Assembly: GCF_038025025.1 (NCBI RefSeq)
Contig: NW_027117349.1
Location: 310,001 to 374,000 of the forward strand
DNA length: 64,000 bases
Direction: 5' to 3'
From: Phyllosticta citribraziliensis
Taxonomy: Eukaryota
In this document: piece by piece, positions 1-12,700 of the stretch
Position numbering within the stretch: position 1 is the stretch's first letter
Layout: each line of letters opens with the position of its first letter
Position numbers and translations under genes: made by a program
The notes under the pieces: generated by a model
Seen by the model: the letters and a program-made list of their open reading frames with translations, nothing else
The model's database searches: none
What the model was told of the DNA's origin: nothing

Positions 1-277
1 CAGGGACCTCTCCGCCGCTGAGCAAGCTTCGGTCCAGCCCGTTGCCGCAATCCCTTCTAAGCCTGCCGCCCCGTCTGCTGACGCCGAAGAGCTTCCTGAC
101 GCTCCTGCGCCGGCATCTGTCAACGGGGACGAGTCCAAGGACAAGAAGAGGAAGAGCAAGCACGACGGCGAGACAGCGGAGGAGAAGGCTGAGCGCAAGC
201 GCAGAAAGGCCGAGAAGAAGGAGAAGAAGGAGCGCCGCAAGTCGCAAAAGTCGGCCAAGGACAGTGACAGCGACTAA
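1..277 (+). CDS. CBF5: 3' end of a nucleolar protein with a KKE/K-rich tail, most likely H/ACA pseudouridine synthase Cbf5 (partial)
   Basis: Frame 2 reads ...DKKRKSKHDGETAEEKAERKRRKAEKKEKKERRKSQKSAKDSDSD* with TAA at 275-277. This resembles filamentous-fungal Cbf5 tails. The catalytic domain lies outside the window, so Nop56/58 is not excluded. Confidence 0.6.
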   Translation, partial: RDLSAAEQASVQPVAAIPSKPAAPSADAEELPDAPAPASVNGDESKDKKRKSKHDGETAEEKAERKRRKAEKKEKKERRKSQKSAKDSDSD

Positions 278-850
278 GCTTGTAGCCTTGCGCTGCGAGT
301 GTTTATGCAAAAATCGGAGGATGCGTAGTTTTGGGAGGGATGCAATTACGGTTGGACTATGGGAAGACGCGGCGAGCTTTCAAAAGGGGAGCTGTTGAAG
401 CTGTACCATACCATCATTGCGGACGGTGGAGTTTGCGGGTTCTGAAGGCGTAATATGGTCACGGACTGGGAACTGGATGCTTGTTCATAAGCGCTTGAAT
501 GCGAAAAACAGACGATTTCAGCATATGACGTTGGGCGTGAGCACTGATGGGTCCAGTCAAGGCCCATCGCAGATCGTGAAATGCGGTGGTGGTGCGGCCT
601 GCGGGCTGGGGTCTGTGCGCGTGGGCCGGGGAGCTGTGGTCGAAGCTGCTAGAAGGACCTGGGGTCTCTACGGCCAGTGGCCAAACCTGCCTTGCGCTTG
701 TATGTAACCACTACCCGCGTCCGCTCATTCACCTCGCTGTCTATACCATCCTCAACTACAACGTCGACTCCGACTCGGTTACAAACTCTCCATTTCCGAC
801 CACTCTACTCCCTTCCCTCAACACCTCTCCAACACCCTCGAATCCTCACA

Positions 851-2197
851 ATGGTCAAAGAGACCAAGCTCTACGATGCGCTGGGTAAGCTCCGGTTGAC
901 GAGGCTGGTGACCATGGTTCTTCTCGGCTTTCCTCGCTAACTCTTCGTCCTCTAGGCGTGAGCTCTACGGCATCGCAAGATGACATCAGAAAGGCCTATC
1001 GCAAGGGTGCCTTGAAGTGGCATCCCGACAAGAACAAAGACAACCCTCAAGCTGCGGAAAAGTTCAAAGGTGAGTTGAGCATGCTTCAGCCCTGCGGAGC
1101 ATCTGCCGTCGCACCAGACTACGTGTTTGCTAACTATTCCATTCTACAGAGCTCTCACAAGCGTACGAAATCCTGTCCGATCCCGAAAAGCGAAAAACGT
1201 ACGACCAGTTTGGCCTGGAGTTCATACTGCGCGGCGGCGCACCTCCGCCAGAGGGCGCTGAAGGCTTCGCAGATGGAGGCAACCCGTTTGCTGGGGGAGG
1301 TCCGGGTGGCTTCAACTTTGGCGGCATGCCTGGCGGAGGCGGTAGCGGCGGCGCGCGCACTTTCCACTTCTCAACCGGCGGTCCTGGAGGCAGCTCGTTC
1401 CAATTCTCGAACGCCGAAGACATATTCGCAGATTTCTTGCGCTCCGGCGGCGGCGGAGGCGCAAGGAGTACAGGTATGGACGACGACGACTTTGGGTTTT
1501 CGCCCTTTGGTGGGGGCATGCCTGGTGGATTTCCCGGCGGAGGACGGCCAAGCGCGAAGAGGTCGGCGACGGGAAGTCGGTTCGGTGACCGCAGGCCGCA
1601 GACACCAGAGGTCACGGTTGTCGAGAAGCCGCTTCCGGTCACGCTGGAGGAGCTGTTCAATGGCACAACCAAGAAGATGAAGATCAAGCGCAAGACGTAC
1701 GACCCGGCAACCGGAAAACAGAGCACGCAGGATCGTATTCTCGAGGTGCCAATCAAGAAGGGTCTCAAGCCTGGATCCAAGATCAAATTCTCAGACGTCG
1801 GCGACCAAGTAGAGGGCGGTACTCAGGACCTCCACTTCATCGTTTCCGAGGTAAGTCGCACGGACAGTGTTTCAGATGATGTCATTGCTAACATTTTCTT
1901 CAGAAAGAGCACCCTATCTTCAAACGCGAAGGCGACGATATCCACCACAAAGTCGACATTGATCTTAAGGAAGCCCTCACCGGTTGGCGGCGAACTGTCC
2001 AAACCATCGACGGCAAACAAGTGGCTGTGGGTGGATCAGGACCCACGCCGCCGACCTACACAGACCGCTTCCCGGGCCTGGGCATGCCCAAGAGCAAGAA
2101 GCCGCAAGAGCGCGGCGATTTCGTAGTTGGCGTCAATATCAAGTTCCCAACCAGCTTGACCGCGGATCAGAAGCAGAAGCTCAAGGAGATTCTATGA
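851..2197 (+). CDS. SIS1: Type II Hsp40/DnaJ co-chaperone (Sis1/Psi1), 4 exons
   Basis: [12 protein letters not shown] start, J-domain with KWHPDKN, G/F-rich linker and C-terminal domain ([23 protein letters not shown]). GT-AG introns at about 885-955, 1069-1149 and 1851-1903. TGA ends at 2197. Confidence 0.95.
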
Positions 2198-3424
2198 ACG
2201 TCTCGAAGCTTCCAGATTTGACCATTTCAAGACCCGCCAAAATTTGGGGGCCGCTTCAAACCACTGCAAGTTTTCCGCAGTGTGTCTACCAACATCGAAG
2301 CATGCGAGTGGCTCCGTGCAGCACTTGCACGACGCCGGGAACGGTTCACGAACAAAATTACGATCACACCGGACCAGGATCCAAATACGACCCACCACCA
2401 AACCTACCAGCGTTGGATTGACGACATCCAACAAGTTTTTCCCATCCCTTTCGTCTGATTCATTCGGAGGATCACCATGCAATTAGGGATGGTCTTCTCT
2501 TTTCTTTCTCCTTTATCTTGCATGAAGGGACTGGCGTTGGGCATATTCTCTTAGGCTTTTCCAATTTCTCTTTTCTCTTCTACCCGAACCTTGATTTTGA
2601 ACGTTGATCGAACGCATCACGCGTGAAGGAGAAGCTCGACGGAGACGGTTGAGTTGAAACGGAGGTGGCACGACGGCGAGAGGTAGAGTAAACGCGTGAG
2701 CGTGGATGGGTTTGGCAAATGAACCTTTTCATATGAATACTGTTTTGCCCTCTCTCCTTTCTGCGTGCTTTGAAGCTTTCGGAAATATTGTCTTTCGGCT
2801 GCGCATTCTGACAGTTGGCTTGGCGGGGTCGAGAGACGACGTGTGCAGGGTATCGTGATAGGAGGCGACTGAGTGTCGGAGCAGCATGGCGTAGAGCGCT
2901 GCGTCGTGTTCTGGCGGTCAGTACGGGGCTGGAAGGTAGAGCGTCGTGTCCGTAGAATGCGGTAATGATATGATGATACAACGTTTGACAGAGTCTTAGT
3001 TGACTCCTCACGTGTGGACTGGTTTCCTCAAAGGTTTGGCGGCTATCGCTATGAAGTGTGTTCACTCCCTGGTACTTTCGCAAGCAAAGCTGAGTCCTGC
3101 GTGCGTTGGCCACTTTCGACATTGAGCAACACTGTCACAGTTGATTTGAATTTTAACCTGTGAATATCTGGTTTATTCCCATGTATATCGCTCCAAGTAA
3201 GCTAATGAGAGTAGAAAATCGTGGCATCGCAGCGCCAGCAGTCGCGCTTCTCGCGCTCGTCTACAGGTTCTGGGGGCTCTAAGGAACGAATGGATTGTAG
3301 TATCGCAATTTCAACAAAGGAAGCTAGAGAGAGAAAGTTGGAAAGAGGACACTTGAATGAGGAAGAGTTAGTGTCGGGCGTTGAACATGGAGACAAGACT
3401 CGTGTGAAAGATTGGTGAATTTTC

Positions 3425-6182
3425 TCAGAAGCTTTCATCCCCCTTTGCCTTGAAGGCACAGGTTGCGTGTGACCAATCGAATTGGCCGAAGGACATGGAT
3501 TCATCACTGACCGCCACCCCTTTCTTGCCTCCCCTGCCTTTCTTGCCTTTCTTTTTTGAACTCGGAAGTCCCCAGCCGCCCCATTCGTCGTCAACCTGGT
3601 AAGCAGTGTCCGCAACCATCGTCTCGACGACGGGCTCTTCGGGCTCTTCAGCCACTTCATCTGCAGGCTCCACAGCCGGTTGGGACTTGGAGATCTGGAT
3701 CCACCGACCCCCTTTAATCAATTCCTTCTTCCAGTCGTGATTTTCATCTCTGGGTTCGGGAAGGGAATCCTGTTCCAACTCTGGGGTCAGAGCCGCAGGA
3801 ATATCCGTGGAGGAAGAGTCGTCTTTGCAAACACTCTTCGCCTCTTCTTCTTTCTCTTCTTGTAATTCTTGCTTGATTTGGGCCTCTTTATCAACCTCGA
3901 ATTGCGTGTCTTTACGGAGGAACATTTCTTTGTGCTCCAATGGCGATTCCGATTGCACTGTCAATCTGAGTTAGTCCGACGTTCATTCCAAGAGAAAACC
4001 TGTTCGGTAAGGAAGAGAGGAGAGATGTACTATCAATGCGCCGGTGGTGAGTAAGCCGAGTCAAGGTCTGCAAAGCTTTCTTCGAGGCTTTCAACTTGTC
4101 TGCTGTTGCGGCCCTTTCCTCACGCAACTCCTTCGATTCTGCGGCAATATCCGCAACAGTTTCCTCATCAAGGCCGAAGACTTTTTCAGGGGAGAATACG
4201 TGGGGAAGATTGCTCAGAAGACACTGTTCGATAGCGAGCACTGCAATGTTGTCTATGACCGTCTTCATTGTGACCTGGGTCAAAACATTAGAACCATATA
4301 GTTCGAAAAGGTAGGATCAACTGGGGTCAGGCTTGCTCACTTCGTAGTATGCTTTCATGCATTCGACAGCTTCTTCACATGAGTAAAGGTCGACATGCGC
4401 AAGGAGTTCCTCTGTGATTCTTTCCTTGAAGACTTCGAATTGATCCTCTGTGAGTGGTCCAGAATCCAAGGCTTCACGCAGGGGCGGGGACACTGAACCT
4501 GCCTGCTGTTTAGACGTTTCCCGACGTGACCTCTGGATTGTGTCGGCGAAGTTTAGGTTATACGTTATTGGATGACCTCGCAGATGCGGCGCCATAATTT
4601 CCTCAACTTTGTTCTGAAGGTTCGCGGACCAAATTTCCATTGCTGGATTGATGATGCGGCGCATGACAGCCTCGCCAGCCTTCCTGTCCACGGAGTAGTC
4701 CAATGTCAGATCAAAGAAATTTCGCACAGCTTGAAGGATGCAGTCAACTGAGTTTTCGATAATCTGGGACCAGGGCTGGGACTGCCGACGGAAGAGGTCT
4801 CCAACGATCTGCGGGTTGAATGTTCCAGTGAGCCCACAACCGTTTGATCTTCTGTTTAGATCGCGGACGTATTCCAGATACTTTTCGCGAGATATCCAGT
4901 TCGATGGAGCTCTTTTAGGCGGATTCGGTGCTTCGTCTCCAATCTTTTCAAGCTCGCCATGAGTCCTCATTTCTTCCGCAAACTCCCAGAGAAGGTCGTG
5001 AATCAAGGCCCTGAGTCTTTTATGAGCCCCACGAGCTGTCAAGGCATCGTTGAAGAAATCGGCGTGGTCTGTGTAGGTTCCATTGATGGCTGATGTGACC
5101 AGCGTTGAGAACTTTTGGCTGACTTTGATCAGATGAAATTTTTGATCCTGGATCGTGACCCTCGGGTCTCCAAGCTGACAGAGCTTGGTTTCACAGTCGG
5201 CAATTCCAGATCGAATGTCGCAGATAAGAGTTGGAAGATCGTCCGTGATCTGATCTGTCAACATCGCTGCTACCCGGGACCTAAGTGCATCTATGCCATC
5301 GCTACCTGGGGGAAGAGATTTCCAATCGCTGTGGTTGAAGATACATCTCTCCTTGGTGGTGCGTCCTTCCGAGCCTGGCGGCAAAGAAATGCCTCCGCTC
5401 ATCAAGAAATGCCAGCGCATTTGCCATTTCTCTTTCCACGTTGGCAGGCTCAGGAATCGACGTATTTTCTCCGGGTCTGCGTCCAGTAGCATGTCCAGCT
5501 TGTTGATGATGCCAAGAGATCGTTTCCTTTGCGGATCGATTTCTCGTGCCAGCTCGGTCACGACTTGATTGGCGTGAATGTTTTCGGCGGAAATCACCGT
5601 CAAAATGACACTTCTGGGATTCTCCATGAATCTTCGGTTGGTGCTCATCACGAAGTTCGCGTTGCTTGTCGATTCATAATCATCCCCTTCTTCAATCAAC
5701 CCGGGAAGATCAATGAAGGTCAGATGGGGGCTTTTCGGATGGCATATTTCGACCCTCAGAATGTCGTCGCTGAAAGCTCTTCCTTTGACACCGGCATCGA
5801 TGAAGGCCTTGGCGGATTCGACGAGTAAAGTGAGATTTTCGACCTGCACGTCGCGTGCTTGGAAAAGATAGAGCCGCCTTCTTTCCTGCGGATTCCTTGA
5901 CGGCCCGGGAATAATGGCAACATCGGTACTTTGCCTCTTTCCCCGCCGGAGGACAACTTCAATTGCAAATTGAGTGCAGCCGTTTTCTCCTGTGGGAAAT
6001 TTGATTCCAGACAGAGCTTCTAGGACGGAGCTCTTGCCGCTCGACTTGTTGCCGCAGACAATGATTTGAATTGGCGGTACATCATCGCCAATTCCAAAGG
6101 ATTGAAGATGATTGGTGGTATCCAAGACTTCGTCATAGTCATCAGCGCGTAGCACCGCCTGGAAACTTTCAGAAACGACCAT
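3425..6182 (-). CDS. Fungal dynamin-like (Mx-type) GTPase with middle and GED regions; linkage of the last acidic/basic exon is uncertain
   Basis: P-loop CGNKSSGKSSVLEALSG, CTQF, LTFIDLPG and NKLD; middle domain (LTGTFNPQIVGDLFRRQSQPW, HPITYN). An intron at about 4340-4275 is followed by GED-like VIDNIAVLAIEQCLL...IAAES. Likely ATG at 6182. Confidence 0.85.
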
Positions 6183-7367
6183 TGCGGAGACAAGGACAAA
6201 AGGTAGAGCACTGGTCTGATAGTTGGAGTTGTGCGCTGTATATGATTGAGAACTGGCACTTTGCAGCGGCATCCGACCCCTATCAAACTTTTTGCCAGAC
6301 TCATGAATGCTGATCTTCCGCAAGGAGTTCTTCAATTGACTCGCTCCCCTCGAACCATGTGGCTTACCAATTGGTAGCACAGCGCTTGTTCAAAATTTGA
6401 TGTGCGGGATGTGAAACAAGGTCTTCCGAGAATCCGCGCAAATTGTCCATAGGATCCAGATATCTTCTCTGGATTGCCGGACATGTTGAAGGAGGAGGGA
6501 ATGGCGCCCTGTCAGAAGAAACCGCGGAGGAGAGGGATAACGTTGCCAATAGCCGCGCGAGATAGTACATAAGGTTCGGAGCGAGCCAACCGGAAAACTG
6601 GACAATGAATCGAGCAAGCTTCTGACCTATCAATGACAGCCTTTGTCCTTGACGTCCATGTCTCTGGCAGGTTTCTTGCGTTTCCAGAAACCGATATCAT
6701 GCAAGCGGGCCGCAGGGCGGAAAGTGTCGAGAAAGAGTGACATTTTGCTCCAACATGAGACAGGGGGCTACTACGAGCTCTCTACGGTCGATCTTGTCGA
6801 ACAACAGAAGCGGTACGCCTTAGCGATTGAATCTCGAGAGTCCAAGGAAAATGTACCGATAATATGCTGCTGGCATTGCGAAGGAAAAGGCGATGATGTG
6901 GCTGGGTCGAAAAGCTAGTGCAAAAGTAAAATGCAGAAGCTCCGCAATAACCCAAAGTTGATGGCGAATCCCGGAGCAGTCGTTGGATTCGTGAGTTCTT
7001 TGGATGTTCCATGACGTTGAGCTGACAAGCGCGCTAGCAGGGATATGAGGTTGATATTGTTCCTACCTCTGGGCAGCTTCGACTTACATGTGATTGTCAA
7101 AAACGACAGGCAGTGACTCACCTCCCACAGGAGAAGAAGGCGTAAGCCTGGAGAGTCCGTTGGCCAGAACAGAAGAACTATGTACGTTCTTCGCGCGCAG
7201 CGATCAACGTCTCGAATGCCTCTCAATGCTTTCGACTCCCTTCAGTAACCAAAGTTTCGGTCTCGCCATCAACACCTATAAGGCCTTTGGCCCCGCGAAT
7301 CAACCTGGCATGTGTGTCGATTCAACAAAAGAGTCTCCCCGGCACTGCGGACAAAAGCGAAAGAAAA

Positions 7368-7475
7368 TGGTCGATACCAGGATCGAACTGGTGACCTTGG
7401 GATCGCTCACTCCTGGAGAAGTGATCATAAGGAATTTTATGAGACCCACGTCATAACCAACTAGACCAATCAACC
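7368..7475 (-). tRNA. tRNA-Met(CAU), elongator type, with an intron of about 34 nt
   Basis: Minus strand: acceptor GGTTGAT/ATCGACC-A, anticodon arm TGGGT-CTCATA^A-TCCCA (U31:U39 as in yeast elongator Met), T-arm ACCAG-TTCGATC-CTGGT, followed by a T-rich terminator. Confidence 0.93.
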
Positions 7476-8703
7476 TTGTTGTTATGAGTGGGAGCTGGAT
7501 ACACAATTTATATACATGTTATTTGAAAAATGGTTCTAAATGTGCCAAGCTTCCCAGCTCCTTTCACAGACATGCCAAGCTTCTTGAACAATCCTAAACC
7601 AACGTCTGGCTTCTCCGCGGAACAAACACCACTCTTCCACGAAAGGTCGGGTTTCGGGATATAGCAGCCCTTGCTGCGAGCATCGTCCACAATCCCGAGG
7701 AGCACCGAGACCGACAACAGCAGCTTCCAAAGAGGACAAATTCGCTCATCCGTCCCTGCCGACAGCCGGAGTCTTGTTGTGGCGAGACGCTGTCAGAGAG
7801 CAATTTTCAACCCGAGACTTTGGAATCGAAAGCTGACGCGAAATGGACGTCAAAGCGGACTTCACAGCAAACACACATACGTCACTGAATCTCGTTCCGT
7901 GGCGGCGTCTCAGCGCCAACCCTGGTTCGGTCGCGCGCCGGAGAAAGTCGATGTTCAGCCAGCCAAGTGAAACGCTGATTGGCTGGTATGCTCCTCTTAT
8001 CTTTGCGAACTCATTGAATAATCCAGAGGCTCTCGGATTTGGCTGCAAAAGTCTTGTGCGCAGACTCAACACCACGAAACCTATACAACTTTCCTAATTC
8101 TCCTACAGTTGCGACATGGCGAGTCTGATGTTTCGCCGAAGTTTGGCGTGCCCAATGACCGCGGAGAAAGCCAAAAAAGAGCATGGACTGGTTCACTTGG
8201 CGCGATTCCCCTTACGTTATGAAAAGCGCCCAAGAGGCTGACGACAGGTCACGTTGGCCGTCGGAACGAGCAAGCCAAACGGTCCTCAAAGTCATCGCTG
8301 TCGAGGGCTTTGACGCCATTGGAAGAAACAGCCCGAAAAAGTTTGGAACACTGCGCAATTGAGCCAGGACTGGCGCGTACGTCTTGCAAACGCGCACGGG
8401 CCGGAAATTCGTCAGTTCCCTTTAAGCATAGCGGGCCTGCCTCGCCTGTAACCTCACTGCCAAACACGGAGAATGAACACGGCTGCTGCGGCACGTCACC
8501 CTGTGAGGGTGTTGAGCAATGGAAAATAGCCTGCGAGGCGCCCAAATCCACTCGATCGCTGCAGGGCTGATGCTTTATGAATGACGGTGGTGTAGTCATC
8601 CCGGGCATGTCACGACCATCTGCTCCTCCTCGTGCCTTCTCCACCTTGTCTCAGGCATACACAAAGCCTTCTTTCCTCGACATCTCCTGAAACGACTGGT
8701 GCC

Positions 8704-9737
8704 ATGAGGCTCCCGCGAGCGCAAGATGTTCATTTTGACATGGACGACTACCTCAACCTCATCATACCCCGCAATCGCATTTCCCGCCTCCCGAAGCCAC
8801 TGGCCCGGTTGCTCGGGTACAGAGAATCCGGCAGACCACAGGTTGGCAACATACTCATTGCGAGTTGGGCGCTTCTAGGTGCTTTTCTGGGACTCATAGT
8901 CATCACTGCCGTCTACAAGTTCAGCCCTGTGATACAGAGGGTCCATCCACCAGTAATCGTGGCAAGTCTGGTATGACATCCCTGATACGATCCTTTCGGC
9001 ATCAACTGATCTGTTTCCAGGGTGCGGCAGCGATTCTCGAGTTCAATGTCATCGATTCTCCTCTTGCCACTCCGCGCAATGCAATCGTGGGTAACACTTT
9101 GGCCGCAATAGCCGGTGTTGGCGTCGCAAAATTGTTCATGTTGAGCGACAACTTTGAGAGTGTAACATGGGTAGCTGGTCCGCTATGCTGCGGAGTAGCA
9201 TCGTGGGTCATGACCATGACCAACACAGCCTTTCCTCCTGGGGGAGCCACTGCCATCCTTGCCGCTACGGATTCGACAGTCCGCAACCTTGGATGGATGT
9301 ACATTGGCATTGTCCTGCTGGGCTCGGTCCTCATGTTTGGAGTAGCTCTCATCGTCAACAACATACAGCGTCAATTTCCACTATACTGGTGGACGCCACG
9401 GGATGTTGGGCCGCAGAAAGCTCCCGACGTGGAAAAGATGGGCTCTAGCGCCCAAGTCTCAGAAGAAGCCAGCACCGAGGAAGTTACAGAATCTCTGCAT
9501 CGCATAATCATAACGGAGAGGAGTATTCTGGTCCCGGAACACTTTGGGCTGGGTCCCGAGGAGACAGAAATGCTGGAAGCATTGAGAAATAGGCTGCGGA
9601 GCGTAGATCCTACGTGGAGCCTCGTGAAGATTCTGTCTGTTTCGGACTCCGAAAGGACACAGGTACATTCTAGTCGAGATACCTTGCCAGCTTTACGGAA
9701 TTCTGAGCGAACGTCCCAGGTACACACCGAACGATGA
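8704..9737 (+). CDS. HPP-family integral membrane protein, 2 exons
   Basis: Hydrophobic helices; VIVASL|GAAAILEFNVIDSPLATPRN and TNTAFPPGGATAILAA; VNNIQRQFPLYWW. Intron at 8971-9020. Confidence 0.88.
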
Positions 9738-12700
9738 CCTGTCTTGGAGATGGTTGTTACACACTCTTTTTCATTAAGCGCGCTCGGCGTTTGTCCCGGA
9801 AAAGCAAGTACGAAGATACTCGTTGCGGACCAACGGTCTATGGAGCATATTTCGGCGTTAAGAGCATGGAACCAAGATGCTAACTTGAAAGGCATGGGAG
9901 CCATTTTTCTTTTGATCGTACGACTTCGACCACGGAACCGGTTCAGAGCGATACCGGGATTCAAAAGTATCTCTCGGATATGCCGATGCCAACACTTGAT
10001 GCGCAATGTTGACATCCCTACGGCATACCCGAACGTCGATTTCCATTATAGGGGCGGCCCGGCCCGTACTGCCTCAGTACATTTCAAAATGAATACTGGC
10101 CCCCGCTCTGCATAATTCGGGTTCAACTCGTATCTTGAACAACTTTCATCAGACAAGGACCCTGTGCAAACAGCACCGTTTGATGTTGCCACAGGCAAAG
10201 TGATTCAACATCAACGTCAGGCTTACCGGTACCTGAGGGGCCCGAAAGAAACGAGACTCTGATACTGAGGTAGCTGGATGCAGGAAGTATTCGTTCACCA
10301 CCATAGTTGTGCCTCGGAAGCTGTCGCTCGCTATGAGAGCTACGCCCAGGGCGCTGCCGTTCATTATTGCAGCTACGCAGGGGTATCGTTTCTTTCAAGA
10401 CCTACTGTGGTGGCATGAACACGGGGCTTGGGTTTGTCTCGCTAAACGTCTTTGCTAAATGCTGACAACATTTCGACCCTCAAGACATGTTCCAGGCGCC
10501 ACTCGCTCTCATCTGATTACTATGAGCGCTTTGATTTGATGGCACCACTTTCACAACAGACTGCACCAAAAACAAGTCAGTCCATGCTCTCAAACATCGC
10601 CGGCTTCCCGTGAGCCGCACTGGTATCCGCAATAGTCGACAGTTTCATTTTGTCGACTCTGCGTGGCCGCATAACAACAATACATCACCGATCCTTGGCT
10701 CCGTCTGGCCGGATAAGCTTAACCAAACTGATCGCTTCTCAGCTGAACAACGTGACAACGAGACCACGAGCCAGGCCTGCTCCACACTTTTTAGCGCACG
10801 GCGTACCAGAGCTGGGTACAGGCGCACGATCCGCCTCCACTCGCGCCACGCCAGGCCGCCGGTTTCACCACGCCGACCCTCCTCGTTCCCATTGGCTGCA
10901 CCTCTCCACCACCTGCTCCGGCTTGCGATTCATCGACCTTTCTCTGCCATGCTCGCCAGCACTTGCTATTTGCGATGGACGCGGGAGCGAAGGAAGCCAA
11001 ATGTCGTTTAAGCATCGCGCATGGCAGCCACAACGTACGCTGCACGCAAGGCTCAAACGCCCAAACTCATGCGCATTGTCAACTTTCAGCCGTCAGTAGG
11101 CAAAGTATCAGGTTGCCGCTCCCGTCCCGTGGTGGCGTTGCCAGACGAAGGTGCGTGCGCCGAATCGGGGTCCTGACCTGGCAAGCAGTGCGTGGACTGC
11201 CCCAGCAGTGGAGAAGAGGCTGGGATTTGTCACAAAGGATTCGAGGTCTCAACTGGCTGGTACGCAGTCGTAGGATGGTACGTGGGTCCGCCGGATTGGA
11301 GCACACGAGGCCATCGATACGGATGGAAGAAGGCTGGGGCCGCACACTAGGTGAGTAGCGTGGAAGCTTGTGCACTGACTGAAGAAGGACCAAGGTTGTG
11401 GCTGGGGAGTCTGAATTAAGCTTGTGTGTACAGCGCGCTGGTCATAGTGCACACATCGACGACTGACCCCTGCATATGCACGTCGTTGAGCCGCGCCGAC
11501 ACATCTGATGGATTGAACTGTGATGTCATTGTCCGGTTGCACCTGGCACACGTCGACTGCCTGCCGCAGTCACTCAGCTGAAAGAACGGACCAATGAGAG
11601 AAAGAAGCGTACGACGTCCATTAGCGACATGCCAACGCCTTCTGCTGTTGCCAAAAAAGGCAGGGGCCAAAGTCGACGAGTGATACTCCAACACATTTCT
11701 CCCCGTAATCGTCATCCTCGCTGTACAGTCTGTCCGCAAGACCAATTGGAGCACTCCAACGACATCGCACTCGGCCGACGGCCTGGTCCCTGAGTGGCCG
11801 CGCAATCCAGGACTTCCAGGTGGTTACCAAGGCATGATTACCCTAAACGGCAGACCATGATAGCCCTGCCTACCTGCGCTTCCCGCTTGCCCACCAGCTT
11901 CGCCCCGGCCAACATCTCAAACAGCAGCGCTTCCGCTCTTGGTCGCTCCCGTCAAGGGCAGCCCCTAGACCCGCCATTATCCGCCGCCGCAGGACCTCGC
12001 TCCGCAGACCACCCCAGGTAGTCGGTCGACCGACTGGCAGGGAGACAGGCAGAGGCAAGCGACCACTGTTGGCGACTCGCACGTGCATTTCCTCAATCCC
12101 GTCCAGTCCAAGAGCCCTGGAGCACCACTCTCTCTCTCCGAGGTCTCTCTTCTCCTCGACAAATTTGTCCGTTCCATCAGATATCCGCCGCCGTCGCCGG
12201 TGCCGCCGTCCGTCTCGAATCCGACGAGCCGCGCAGCGAGACAGACGGGACCCCAGCCCATGGCTCCGCTCCAATCCCATCGTCAGGGGGCTCGCCGCAG
12301 GGACGACGTACCTGCATGCAGGCATGGCTCCATACGCCGTATTCCATCGCACTCGCACTCGCGTCTTGCACCCCACACCCTCCGGCGGGCCATCGTCCGT
12401 CATTGCGCGGTGCTAGCTATTCCCTCGGCCTCTGTTGGTTCCACTCAGCCTACACACCTCAGCAGTGACACTTGCAGATTGCTGTCAATTGGTGAGCTAC
12501 CAGCCGTCCGTCGTGGTCGGGTCGTTCATGCGTGGCAAGGTAGTCGTCAAGAGGTACAGGGGTAAGGCAATTAGGTACTGCTTAGGCTCGTCCGCATTCC
12601 GTGCCAAATGGCTGCGTCTCCCGGCGCAGGTTGGAAAAATAGGTACATGGGACTACATTGCTGCCAGCAGCAGGTACAGCACTGCTGCCACGCACACACG

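Noticed and set aside
640..656. Possible heat-shock element upstream of SIS1 (GAA-N7-GAA)
   Set aside because: Only two nGAAn units, too weak to call.
2580..8600. Transposon or RIP-degraded element around the dynamin gene and tRNA-Met
   Set aside because: No transposase or RT motifs, LTRs or TIRs, and the sequence is not AT-rich enough for heavy RIP.
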